Part shown: piece after piece, positions 12,045 through 26,000 of the stretch
How the letters are laid out: each line of letters begins with the position of its first letter
Position numbering within the stretch: the stretch's first letter is position 1
From: Fimbriosthenelais zetlandica
Lineage: Eukaryota
Assembly (NCBI GenBank): GCA_977030845.1
Contig: OZ365109.1
Span: forward strand, 23,560,001-23,624,000
Length of the DNA stretch: 64,000 bases
Reading direction: 5' to 3'
Notes under the pieces: model-generated
Seen by the model: the letters and a program-made list of their open reading frames with translations, nothing else
Databases searched by the model: none
What the model was told of the DNA's origin: nothing
Position numbers and translations under genes: made by a program

Positions 12045-15000
12045 ACTTATCCCACCACTGGGTATCCCTCTGCACTCCCCCACTGTTTCCTATCAATTGG
12101 TGTCAAGCAATCATTACGGTGAACAGACGTGCAAGCAATTGACTGGCGACTTGCAACATAATCCATCCGATTTCCCCCAGAATAAAATTGGAGGCAGTTG
12201 GGGTGCTGGTTCGGGCGGTGACCAACATCAATCGGCCAGGCGAATAAGACGTGTTCTATTGGAGGGGATCAAAGGAGGCGAGGCAGGTCCCCATCAGCTC
12301 GGATCCCAGCCAGAGCATCCAAAAGTACCTTCAATTAACCCCACTAGGGGGACACAAGAGAGGCAACACACAGTGCTTTTACATTGCAGGCAGCAACCAG
12401 GCAGGAGCGACCCCAAGCGCACATCTTTGGTAATCACGATTATCCAAGCCATATGCCTGCCTTTACCTCATGAACCAAGTACAGGATTTCATCAGTCATG
12501 AATATACCTCTTGTTCATAGCATATGTCTGATATTTCCTCTTAATCGGTTTCAAGTTCCTCATCCACTTCCATTCTTCCTTGATCGAAGCTAATGTAGCA
12601 GTTGAGTGATGGAACTTTGAACCCTAATAAAATTGCGCAATGACACGCAAACGAAAGGCTGCACAAATTGGGTATCGATTGCAGCCTGAAGTCACATCTG
12701 TTAAAAAGTCGTCCACAAAATCTGGGTGATAATGAAGGGAATGAAAGGAGGTCTGCCATGGCTATACTGATGGAGGGTGCCCGAATCAGGACGATAGGAT
12801 CTTGTTCGATGACAGCCATGCTCCCCCGCTCCCCTGAAAACATCACAGCGAGCTGAGGTTTATCTTGGATAGGACTCCACCCTGATCTGACGGGCCAAGG
12901 ACAGGTTTGGATGGGCACCCATCAAAGTCCGCCTCATGCGCCCAAGAAAAAACTCTCCCCTCAGAACCTCTTTTTTCAATTTTGCAAACGTGAGCTGGTC
13001 ATGAATTTTTATGCATCTGAGCGTGATCTGGTCAAATAGAAAGACGGCCAATCAAAGCTCAGAGTCGCCACTCCGCTGAGATGACCTATCTCTACCACTT
13101 CCGGTCCAGTTCCACCTCCAGGCTAGTATAGTGCACAGTCTGTGTCAGTGAGCGCTCACCAGGCCCTCCTCTGAGCAGAGTTGGCAATATTGCCTTGGCT
13201 CTTCAACGCAATCAGCAAATTTAGTCTCTAGTATAGGGGCTTTACAATGATTCCCCTTCTCCCGAACTCTGATCTACACAATCAAGAGGATGCACCTATT
13301 CCTGATTACCATGACTGATAAGGGGCTGGACCCCTTATTCAGGGATGGACTTTTAAATACGGGTAGGCATTGGAGCCTTTACACAGACACATTGCTCCTG
13401 CACACAAATAAATTACAAGACCATCCTTCATCTTAGCGAGACTAATCTATCATTGATCAACATTGATGAATGAAACTAAGGTTCGCACTTAGCTAGATAT
13501 ATAAGGCTCCAGATACATTATTTCGATTTTATGGATCGAAAATACGTTTCTTGATCTTGGAAAGAGCCTGCTTTGAATAAATCTTAGATGAATATTCATG
13601 TACTAAGATGGCATACACAATGTCATACCTATTTATAACCACTTTGCTCAACAATGTGCATGACTCATGCTATTTTTCAAAAACAATGGATGCACAAAAA
13701 CAATTGGCATGTCAGGATATAAAACATCAAAGTCTGTCACTACTAATGGTTTATCAGGATCCCGTACATAAAATGCATGTAAGTTGACTTCATGACCATC
13801 TCTACATGCAAGAAACTGTTATGTTTGTTTCCGTGAGTACATGACAGTGACAGGTTAGTTTTACCGTGGCTGCTCTTTGAAGCCATCCCCTCAGGGATAT
13901 ATATAACGCCTGCCCATTTCTCCACTCGGCTTATCATTGGTGTGAGGCGTGTCCATCAGGGTACACAATTCACATCAGATGGAATACAAATTGGTACTAA
14001 AACATCCCGCCATATTCCACACAGCTTTCAGTTTGTAGTTTCAGCAAGGGTCGTGCATTGGAATCCTATAATTTTGGCCTATAGCCCTGTTTCATAAGGG
14101 TTGCCTTTTTGAAAATGGTATATCTTCGGTTTCACTACACTGTCACCAATTGTGGATAGATTACCATCATGATCTTTTTTTATTCGTCAGTGTTGCTTTG
14201 ATTAATATTATTTTTTCCTCTATTTAAATCGATCCATTCATTCTTTAAGTATAACCAGCAATATTTACAATATTGCTATTTAGGAAGGTTTTTAAAATGC
14301 AAACCATTTGCTTAAGAGGCAATCAGACCTCGCCGATAAACTCATTATCAGGCCCATTTACAGGGCATTTAGAGCAATTTAATTGCATGATAGGGGTTTA
14401 TCGACTACGTCTGGCTCCCGCTTTATGAGAATCACCCTATTGTTGGCAAGTTTAAAGATGAAAAGATATCAAGATGATCAGTATGAAAGGAGGCCTCGAG
14501 TCCAGCTTTCTTATTTCATTCTGAGCATTAGGTTCAGAGCTCATATTGGTCCTTGATAAAAATCGTAATGAAAACACCCAAAGATTTGAAATTATGATTA
14601 TGGATTCACTTTCATTTTTTCTGCGTTTGAATCAGTCATCATGCAAGAGTACAATTTTCTCATTTGAACATCAGAACTAATCGAATATGGGTTTAAATTT
14701 TGTCTGCAGATGAAAACATTTCAAAGCACCTTTTCCTGAGTTTTATCCGCTCCAAATCATAGGTGAATTTATCCTCTCAAAGGAAGGAGGTTACAGCTTT
14801 TAACCAGTTATCTAAAACCTTATTTCAATCCTTTGTTCAACTAATGCCACACCTTTCTAAGTCTTATCGAATGATATTTTTAAGGCAGATGTTTGTTTCC
14901 GTTCTTGTAATAATTTCTCGCGCCTAGCCAAACAAACTAAATATGTGTCTGCTGCTGTAAAACAGTTCCGGGAAGTCTGGGCCATGGATTACGTGTGATC

Positions 15001-17218
15001 CTGATTATGTTATGGTTTTATTCAGAATTCAGATCCTTATAAAACCACATGCAACCTAATGAAAAATTAAAAGAGCAATTAAAACATTGTCTCACAACTG
15101 GAATTGCGTGTTTCCATTCTGACCAAATCTATCCAAAATCATTGGAGCAATCAATGTTACGTTTGGGGACCGTAGGTATGAGAGTTCTACCATCTCCTCC
15201 TTGGCTTAATGGGTCTCTAGATCAGTAATGTATAGATCAGGAGCTGAATGCCCCCTTGATTCCTTCTGACTTTAACACTAACCCGGGTACTTTTGTCAGC
15301 TTTTTCTGCCCACTGGTTGGTGGGCATGTACCAAAGATGATACTGGTAGTCAGTTGTTCAGTGTCAACTTGATTTTCATATTTCCCATACTGGGAAATAA
15401 AACCCTTATCTCTAGTTACCATGCTGACCTTATTGTTCATGCAGAATAATAATAAGAAGTCCAAGATCTTGAGTTTAATCTAAAATGCGAAGACGTAAGA
15501 GAAATTTAATACTTTTGAAGTTTTACGTTGATTAATGTCATGTAATCCTTTCAACTTTTAATTTCACTGATCTTATCATGTGATATCCATCATAATGACT
15601 GGCTTATATCTGAAACACTTTCTGAGACCGTATCAATGTGGGACATCAGAACAAAAACACTGGTAATGAATAATAGCCTCAATAGTAAAAATTATCAAGT
15701 ATAGTAGGTACTTCACATTGAAGAGCTTACTGTTAATGATATAGGAAGTCTACACCAAAAAAACTACAAAGGATTGCGTTCGTAAACGTAATGGACTGAA
15801 TCGGCCCCATTGGGGTGAATTGTGCCCAGTGTGTTAAGGCATGTCTCTTATTCAGTCGACTTGTCTATTTAAAGATCTATTGCTGCTGCATGTTCAAGAA
15901 GAGCAGTCAGCTGTGCTGACAGTGTGTTTCCTCTTTTCCTGAAATATTACTGGTGGTTGTTAAACCACCCAGTCTTGCTTGTTCAGGCCTGCTGTAGCTA
16001 ATAGACTTATACCTATAACAAACAGTGTGAGCCAGCGGTAACCATGTCATGACAGCCATCACAAATGTTGTGCAATGACCATAAGTCAGTAAGGGCAGCT
16101 GAGGACAACAGGTTGATCCACAATCCAGAGGTCCTCACTGGATTCAAGCCCTAACAAACATCGCCGATTAATTTCATCAAACATCTGAGTGCTCCGGAAG
16201 AGGCCCTTATGGGGCAGCTCCACCGGGTCTTTTTTTCCTTGCTGGTACTGCAGATTTTCATTGTGATTATTCAACTTGCAGGATTAGAATCATACACATT
16301 TGTGCAACAACTTTGCGCAATGAATGCATAACATTCTCGCAGCTAGCGCAAGTGCTACGACCATCACAACAACCCTCATCCCTGATTGATCCATCGTCAT
16401 TGCTCTGAGGTACATACAAGTCATATATGCCTCAACTGATGGAAACAAGGCTAACAGCATATGGCGCTACAGTTACTATTGCTTCTGACATGTGTCCCAT
16501 CTATAGGGCGGCTGGTGTCACGAGGAGCGAGTTATATCTTCGCATGATTAATCTTGACATGGACGGCGACCATTCATTCCCAGCTTGATGTCTGTGACAC
16601 AGCCAAACCGGTGATTGTTGCTGATTATCGGCGATAGCGCCAGTCTGGGTTATGTTTCACTTTGAGTGATGGTGTTGACAACTCAATGTGAGGTGATTTA
16701 CCAATCAGGTAATCTTGTCCGACCACGAGCCGGTAATGGCTCCACCCACTCGTGACTAATGCACCTCAAGCAAAGACATGAAGGAGCCATCAGCGCAAGA
16801 CGAGGAGGAAGAGGTAGAACAAATAAGTTCAAAACTACACCCACCGCCAATGGACAGCTATAGATTTTGGACAAACACACTTTCAGGCGAAAAGGGAAAA
16901 CCCGATTATCCCCCGAACCTTGCAGCAAGCCCAGATCGCTCAATGTAGGGCATGCACAGTTTGTTACTAATCCTGGCATTTCAACCAGTCCTGACAGTCT
17001 CAGCTCAAGGTTATACTCGGGGATATTTTTTTTTCTTTTTATATCCCAATGGAATTCCATCAAAATCTGAATGCAAATTAGTCTTCCTCCTAGTCCTTCA
17101 GCTAGGACTATGATTGTTCATTAAGAAAATGATAATGACTGATCAATATGCATGGTGGTTTTGCATCTGTTTTTCGTCCATATTGATTGCTTACCATGGC
17201 AGAATGAATCCGTTGAAT

Positions 17219-17240
17219 ATTCAATTTTAAAATTTGATGG
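17219..17240 (+). repeat. Dispersed repeat fragment A, copy 1
   Basis: ATTCAATTTTAAAATTTGATGG is identical to 23063-23084 (22/22). Confidence 0.7.
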
Positions 17241-17655
17241 CTTTTCGATGTAAACCGTGCTAGACCTGTGATTGATTCAATGTAGCAATTTAGAAGCAAT
17301 CTATCCTTAAAGGAAGCAGGGCAAAACCTTGTTTGGTTATGTAAGACTGATGCATCAGGGCCAAGTACAAGCAACTACAACGCAACATAATACCATGTGC
17401 AAAGTCGAATTTCGTCCTCGAACCAAAGTACAAGCCTGCCGTTTCTGTATTTTTCCCCATTAGACTAGTCGATTTTCACATTTCCAAGTATATTCGAAAT
17501 ATTAACCCCTTATTGATCATTATGTAATGAACCAGAGTATAGGGAACAGTGCGTGGCCAGACTAGACCTGAGTCGAACCCGGGTTATGTATGAGTGTCCT
17601 AATCAATAGCTGGGCTCACGTGTCCACTGAATACGGGTCACCACAATTATTTACC

Positions 17656-17689
17656 CCATTGTACAACCATAGGTTAATGCATTATTGTG
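17656..17689 (+). repeat. Dispersed repeat fragment B, copy 2
   Basis: CCATTGTACAACCATAGGTTAATGCATTATTGTG matches 22348-22381 at 31/34. Confidence 0.8.
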
Positions 17690-20600
17690 CAACACAACCA
17701 TTAACTCAACCGATTGAAATTTTAAAGCCATGATCAAAATGGGTTGTTTTTTCAAAACTTTTTTCTTTAAACAAATTAATTTTGATATTCGATATGCCAA
17801 TTCAAAATGATTACTGTAATTGGAGACGCTCAGCCCAGTAACGTCCTTGAGACGAAATTGTTTAGAAGTAATGTGACAATGGCATGAGTAATGTGACTAA
17901 TAAAGATTATATCGATACTGGGGCAAAGGAAATAAAAGGTCATTGATGCTCGTCAGGACAGGGCAGCTTTCTCGCCAAGTCTGCCTCCTTCTATGTGACC
18001 TGCTTGGAAAATGAGCGAGAACAATCAAAAGGGATCTCAGCACTCTGTCTTTGATCTTTGCCAATAGTCGAAGGGCAAGATGCTAAGATCGCGGCATTAG
18101 TGACCGTCTTATAATGGGTTGTTAGTATGCAGGCCCTAGCCCACCCTACCAAGCTTAATGCGCGTTACTATGCACCAGGATGAATTGCCAAGTCGACGGC
18201 TCATTTGGTAGAAGAACGGTCATTCAATCAGAAAATCCCGGTGCTCGGTAAATGGATTAAAACCCTGATCTGGACTCCAAAGAGCTTCACACCGGAAGTC
18301 TCGGGGATCAGCTGACTTAGAATGTGGTGTCACGTGCATTGCATATCAAGAGTCGACAAGATGCCACCGAACCGCCGGCAGTTGTTTGTTCCCGTCTTAA
18401 TCATACCTTTACGGAGATAATGGATTAGGTAAGCCTGATGGAAAATGCGGAGCCGGGCGAGAGCTAAACAAATATAGTGTTTTGGTTACAGATGCAATTC
18501 TTTCTGGTCCTGTCAGCAGCTTTGCGTGATGTCTACTTTAAGGCACATCAATTACCTTTGGCCAATTTTGAGAACTCGGTGTGGGGGGCCCTTCAGTCGT
18601 ACAACAATGTTAGGTATAAAGGTAAAAGTGGGAGATAAATGATACATTGGCCTGGCAATCTCAAGTACTGGTTGATATTAGACGATGAATTATACCCTGG
18701 TTTAGCTTCACATGTTCAGAGGAAACTTGGTCTGAGAGGAAATATCTGACTGTCATGTCAAGGACACTGTATGCTGAAAAAACATACACATTACATCATA
18801 ATGAAGAGCAATTAATTGACTCTACAGATTAGCTATGTTTCTTTAGTTGTTTAAAAAAAATCTATAGTTATTATAATACAGGGGGAACAGTAATGTCACA
18901 ATTAAATTAAGAGGTCTCGGGACTTGGTTCCGGTCCGGGTCTTCTCCGATTTTCCTGACCGCAAAAACATCTAACCTTGTAAATCTCTGAGGTGGTGTTT
19001 TTTTACAAGCGACCAAATAGAAACAGAAACATACATTTATCCAGCATTTATAGAAACAGAAGCAGACATTTGATATACATCAAACTTATATTGAAGTAGA
19101 AAAATAACTCTTATGGTAGTTTTGGATAAATGCAGTACATGTATCCCATCAAGGTCGCCATTAAAAGAATGTATTTATAAATGTATAGCACTCCACTCAT
19201 TTATATGAACAAGACGATTGGATTGTCAAGGCAATAGGATTCATAAAACACCTCACAAAAGAGATACTCCGATGTCCCAATGAAAATGGAAGAGATCGTA
19301 TCATTTGGCATTAAAATCATCATTAAAATACTTATCAAAATGAGAAGCCGACTCTTCTTTCAAGTGCGGTTTAATGTCAATGGAGTTGATGGTTGAATCA
19401 ACCTGCATACCTAATATAAAATATTTGAAGGACAACTGTTTTAAATCGGCTGTTTAAATTCTGGAAATATATTATATGCATTCAAAATAGAATGCAATTT
19501 ATGTACATGTATATGTATGTTAATTGGATTCATTTAGGTTAATTTTTCGTTATACAATGATGATTTGTATTGAGAAAGAAATCAAGTAATATCACTGCAC
19601 TTGAAAAATTCCTCGTGCAAATGGCATTACAAAGTTTTGGGGTGAGATTATCATCTGGCTAAAAATCATACCTCAGATCAGTTGGCAGGAGAAGACTCAC
19701 TTGAAACAAACAGAAGTCCGTCCCAAATGCTCCAATACAAAGTTAGAAATTGCCAATTGGAATATTAAGGAAACCTGACATTCCCACTTTCACTAAAAGA
19801 TCATAAATACATGGCCATAGGTTCATTGGTTATTGTTGCCTCAAACATAAAAAGTTTACGTCGAAAGAGCAATTTGACTTGTCGGGTGTAGTCAGCCGAG
19901 GTGTCGCGCCACATAAAGGGAGCATTTGAAAATTACACAGGGGGTGGGAAGAGGGGGCATGGAATATTCATGGAGGCCAGGGCTGGCCTCTCGCCTCAAG
20001 TGAGAGTGAGAGTGCTCCCAGTCCACATTACAAATGAAGCTTTCTTTTACTTTGCTCAGTAAAGAAGAAAAAATCACGTTTTTCCCAATGCAACACTAGA
20101 ATTCCATATTCCGGAATGCACGGGGAATCAAATGACGTTCAAATAATGGGTATTGAACCATTTTGTAGCTCACTGACGCAGGCTCGCATGGTAAAGGTGT
20201 TAAAGGAACGAGTAAATGTGGCAAGAACTCCATTTGATGGATACCCTGAAATACACCAATCCAACAGAGATTATACAAATATATTCCCCGGTTTGAGAAG
20301 ACTCCAAAGAAACCAAGAAAATTAATAAAAAGTTTGCAGATTATGGGAAAGATATCAAGCGATCAAGTCGAGTTTCGAATCTTTAGTCAAATCATCGTGT
20401 AATCCAGATGATGGCTACAAATTTTCGGTCAGTCGAGTTTGTGTACAGTATATTCAAATGTCACATTTACATGTAAACAGAGACCTGGATTCGAGTTAAC
20501 CAAAAATGATTGCAACTCCAACAGTGTTCAATCTCTTAATTTGTCCACACATAATCGTCTGCCTTCTCATGGAGGCCCTTCATTGTATTATAACATTGAA

Positions 20601-22347
20601 AAAGTAAACAGGGTGTCTATTGAACAATGCATGTGCCTGCCTTGCCTGAGGGATTGGTAGCAAGTGTTGTTTTTCTGTGGAAGTATACGTATACAACCAT
20701 ATCGCTACATATACAGGGCCAGTAATAACATGCCTTTGGTCCTTAGATCAATTTCAAACTGCCATAATCATGGCCAGCCGCGATAGTGCACCACCAAATG
20801 TGATGATTATAGCATTACTCCGGCTATTGCAATGTAAAGATCTCTATGACATGATTATTGAACATTGCACTATTATTGATCACTTAATGGCCCATGAGCC
20901 ACATTACCGTACAATTGATACTTCCTCAGTAAACCACAGTCATTCCAGCTGCACGGGTCTGGAACAGCATATCAAGCAGATAAGGCAAGGCGGTCCATCT
21001 AAAGTGACCGACAAGCTGAGATTCAACTAGTGTCCAATCAATAATCCAACCAGTCTAAAAATCTCTCTTTGTGAAGAAGACCATCAAACAGTCATGCCTT
21101 CGGTAAACCTTTTAGATACTGACAGGGATCGATAAGATATGCAAGAAGATGTGAGGTACTGTTCCTTTGGTTTGATCGACAGAAATTAGTCTGTGATCGC
21201 CCAGTGGGTCCCACACAAGCCCAGATAAACATACATATACCAGGATATATATCTCACCATGTATAGATGCATGTTGGTTGTGTTGAGAGTTTGACAGTAA
21301 GGGATTCTCTCAGTGCAATTATTGACGGTACCTCGCCTTGTTAGTGCAAGCTTTATGGTGCACTTCCTGCTGAATCTTCCCCCCAACATAATGTAGATGG
21401 ATTAATAAATTAGTGGCAAGGTTTCCTCCAGGGAAATGTCAGGCATCATGCTTAAACGCTTAGGTGTCATTTCATCATGAATCACTGACAGGGAATTGTC
21501 ATTATGTTGTTTTTAGCTCCTCAGTTTGCCCTTTTCTGTTTGGTTTATTTTAGCTGTTGAGTATTGACTTTGTGAACTTCCGTCTTTGGTTTAGGAAAGG
21601 TGATCGGAATTTATACATCAGCTCAACAAGCTGATACAATACCTTTTCATTCATCTGTCAGTTAATGACGAGGGAGAAACAGTGTTTATTATAGCTGTCA
21701 CAAGGTCACCGCATTCTATCTTGACTGGGCCATGTTATTAATTTCAACGGAAAGTGTAAAAACCACCATTTGTACCCCATATTATTTTAGGTGGCTCACA
21801 GTGGGACACATCCAATATTTAGGCAATACTTCTTTGTTGAATAATATAATGAGCCTTTCCAGGAAATTAATGCTAAACAAGGCCACATATTGAAGTCTTA
21901 CGTAATTAGTCAGATTCAGTGTTTGAAACATTCTTGTTACAACTTTAGTTATTCTTCAAGGAAATTCTTGGAAAGTGTTACAATGAGTCGATGCTGGCAT
22001 TTTTATTGCCTTCCTTACATTGTGTAAGCTCCTGATGATCCTAGCAAGATGCCAATGGGGCTTGTAGGCAAAAGCACCTCTGGCTGAGTATACTTTAACT
22101 CAATAAGAACAGTGCAGGAGGGTTCGTGTCTACAACTTGAGATCAGCATATTGATTCTCTGTTAGACTGGACTGACTATGTTACAGGTTACTACAAGCAT
22201 TAGGGAATTCTAAATCTTATTCTATTACAATACTGGATTCTGTCGGAGTAGTATGCCACTGTTACTTCTTAGAAAACCCTTAATTTATTAATTGTGGCAA
22301 AAATGTTGCATGTTTTGTCAACATGAACTGGTAGCCACACTATCAGG

Positions 22348-22381
22348 CCATTGTACAACCATAGGCTAAAGAATTATTGTG
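22348..22381 (+). repeat. Dispersed repeat fragment B, copy 3
   Basis: CCATTGTACAACCATAGGCTAAAGAATTATTGTG matches 17656-17689 at 31/34. Confidence 0.8.
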
Positions 22382-23062
22382 AAGAAGAGCACTTTCAATG
22401 TATGTTTTCTATATGTCATTTTGTAATTTTCTTTCCATGAATGATAAACATAAATTTATATATCAATATATCGCCTTGTGGATGTGAGCGTTAGATTTTC
22501 TGTGACTCAACAGCTTCGATGCTGGAATGAATAATATAGAAGAGGTATAGGCCTACTGAGTAACTTACAGGGGGAAAAAGTCCAAGTTAAGGTTGGTCGT
22601 TGTCTGTCGAGAAATCAATACTAACCAAATGACACATGTTTAACACACTGTCTGGGTAGAGGATCTCATTAATCATTCCCTGGTGCCTGGCTTTCTGGAC
22701 GAGAAAACTTCCCCTAATCAATTGGAATCAGGGAAAAAGTATTTTAATTGCAGAACTTGATGATGGTTTTCCATTACTCCAGAATAATGTACAGACAAGG
22801 ATCAAGATCTACTTGGGCCCACGGAACAGAAGAAATGGGAAGAGCTGCATTTGAGCACGGGAGATTTTTTTGTTTCAACAAAATTTTCAAAAATTGCACA
22901 TATTTTCAGTTATTTGTCTCAAGTGTTGCAGTGTTACAGTGGGCGCCTGAATTTTCTGAATTCAGGCAAGAATGGCTGATCATGTGTTGCTAAAACTAAA
23001 GTGTGTTCGCAAGACCCCATAGATTTTTAAAGATTAATACATCGGGTTTATCAATTTTATGA

Positions 23063-23084
23063 ATTCAATTTTAAAATTTGATGG
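23063..23084 (+). repeat. Dispersed repeat fragment A, copy 2
   Basis: Identical to 17219-17240. Confidence 0.7.
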
Positions 23085-26000
23085 ATTTCAATGAGACCTC
23101 CTCCTCATCTAATCGTGTTCATCAGTTTCTTCCTGCAAATGCATATGAAAACTGCTGTTAAGAGATTGAAATATGAGTAATTTCAGTAGTAAAATTGCAG
23201 ATCTGGTCACATTTAAGTAGGAGGAAAGGCGTTGAAATAATATGCAATTGATATGGACATTTCATTGCAACAGATATTTTGAAGAAAGTTAAAGTCATTA
23301 TTATCAAGTTTCCCTGACGCTCGATGTCAATCATTTCTTATAGGCTGTATTCACCATGGACTTGGATCGATTTAAATTGATATGATGGAAAGAAATAAAC
23401 AGATACAATTATTCTCCAGAAACTCATTTGATGCAAAGCAGTACTATACAGTAGCAACAACCACAAAAACCAACAAATGATTGCAGTATGTCCGATGTAG
23501 TATAATTTGTATCGCTTAGCATCTTAACAATGTACCAATAAAAAAAAGCATTATTTTATGGGTTAATGATATTAGTATTTGTAAGAATCTTTTAAAAATC
23601 AACCTTTTTCTCAAAGAACATTATCTAGGGGACCATATATACCTGGTACGGTTTTCATGCACATACCAATCTGTTGACATGAACTCGATTCGTGAAACAT
23701 TTCTCCTCTGGGCAGACCGCGCCATCAATATTTCATTCAAACGGCGTCCTTGGTAACTCACCTAAATTATGGCATGACACCCTCGTGTCTGTTGGGATTT
23801 TGGTATTGTGAGTTGGCATTTTCATTTCCCGGGGATCAGGATATAAAAGCTTCAGTATCCAAGGAGACCAGTTTGAGGAAAGAAGTCTTTCATATCTTAT
23901 TTCCATATATAAGATCCAGACCGGCAATATTTTATACAACTTACTGTATTTTGCAAGTCATTTTGTACTATGGCCTGATACGTCATAGACATAGAACACT
24001 AACACATTCTGATAACAGAATAAAACCTGTATTATCATTATCTTGTGAAACAAGTAGTGATATTAAGGCTACAATGTCAGCGCTTATATAATACATAATC
24101 ATATCAATTTATTTTAATTAATATTATTTACAGTGTAGATAGGCCTTACTGGTCTTCAACACCCAGCCCAGATCCGATTCTTCTGAGTATTTCTGCTACA
24201 TGTATATAATTATCTAAAGTTTTCCTCAAATTGCACTTTGTTCTTTACTAGTTTTGTGGCCCAGTGGAAATAGCCTAACTGCCTGCATGGTCGCTGGTGA
24301 GTTTTGCCTTTAGCACCAGTAGTGGATTCACACCAGCCAAAAAATAACCCCAATACCATAGCTCCATCATTATGGCTTCCTAAAAATCAAATAGAAATAG
24401 AATAAGAAGCAGCCAAGCCTCATTATAGACTGATAGCCAGATAATAGTGAGATGGCGTTTCACCCAAAACGATGCATAAACAAAATGAACCAATTTGCAA
24501 AATGAATAAAAGAGTGAACGAAAAAGACCTGTTAATTGCCTATTGGCGGGAAAAGTGAAATATCCTCACGCAAGCTTTGTTTTGGGTCCTATTTTTTTTA
24601 AACTATAGGCTCTGAATTGCTGTGCCTCAGGAAAGGGTTTTACACCTGTTGCATGATGATCTTTCTTGATGGCATAATCAGCTATTTAGGGATAACATAC
24701 TTCCTTAATGATATTTTGTTTTATCACATGAAATCAAATCCTGTTAACCAAAGGAGGCCTTAGAAAGTAAGATATTGCATGTCAATGCATGCCCAAATTT
24801 GGTCCGACTTCAAGCAGAGGTTTTGGGGACCCAACTTGTTGGGACTATTTCAGGTACGGTAACATAGTTTATCACTTTTCAGTAGGGCGATAATATTTCC
24901 TTTCAGCCCACTGCATCATCATTCCAGGTTTATATGAGTAATTCGGGAGAAAAATCTAAGAGGAAAAAGTAGGTTCTAGCTCAGAGTAGGATCAATGATT
25001 CAAACTACTTGGGAGATTCGCTTTATTTCATTCTAGTAGGGAAGCCAGAAGTCTATATTTCAGTCAATGATCACCTTGGTTTGTACCCGCTCAGTCTCTC
25101 AGCCTCCTTGTCTTCCCAATGTGAATGTAATGTAGAGAGTGGGTCAGGGAGTAAGGAAACATGCCCTGAATATTTGGTGGAAGTGACGTCGTTTGGACAC
25201 GGTGTCATGTCATCGGAAACCTCCAATAAATGCTTGTCCGGCTCAAAGGTCACGAGCAACCTTGCTTCAGCCGTGCCGCTGGGCAAGTGCCCCTCTCGCA
25301 TAATGCAAGGATTTGAAGGGAGACCTGCGAAATCAGCGTTATCTGAGGGGCTTGAATCGGTGCACCCCCACGGTGCTCCTTTTGTCCAGGCTGGATCTGG
25401 GCCGCTTATTGAGTTACTCGCAGAGGCGCTCGTGGTGAAATCCTTTCAGAGGACGGACTGGGCGCCTTCCGTTGGCCGCCATATGAAGGTAATTGACTAG
25501 TGTGCCCGTCTAATTGGGGGACATTGGCGAGTAGCCCTGTCCACACCCAGCCCCCCTGCTCACCGACAGTTGTAATTATACTGGGCCCCCTACCCATGAT
25601 GCCTTGCAAACCCCGGTGTCAAAGTGGACGTGTGCCCAGGGGATGTTTTCCCCGAGTCTTGCTAATGTTAACAATCGACTGACCAAGTACAGACAAAAGT
25701 CCCATCTAAAAAGACACATTTAGTTAACAAGTTCGCTTGTAACAATGTGAGCCGGTTAGTCTGCTGCCACTAGAATTGGCACCCACATTTACATTTAGCT
25801 CAGCACTTTTGTTAGCAGCCATGAAAATGTTTACACCTATTTCTACCAGTAACATTTCACTGAATAAACAAGCTTTTAAACGTCTCCCTAAAGTGCATTC
25901 TCTCATTCCGACATAAAACACACATAAAAGAGGTTCTGCCCCACTATAGCCTACATTATATGAGCAATGTGAGCGGGCTTTAGTATACCAAAATTATGTA

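Noticed and set aside
11880-13200. Possible retroelement remnant
   Set aside because: I translated several frames on both strands and found no RT (YxDD), endonuclease, integrase or RNase H motif.
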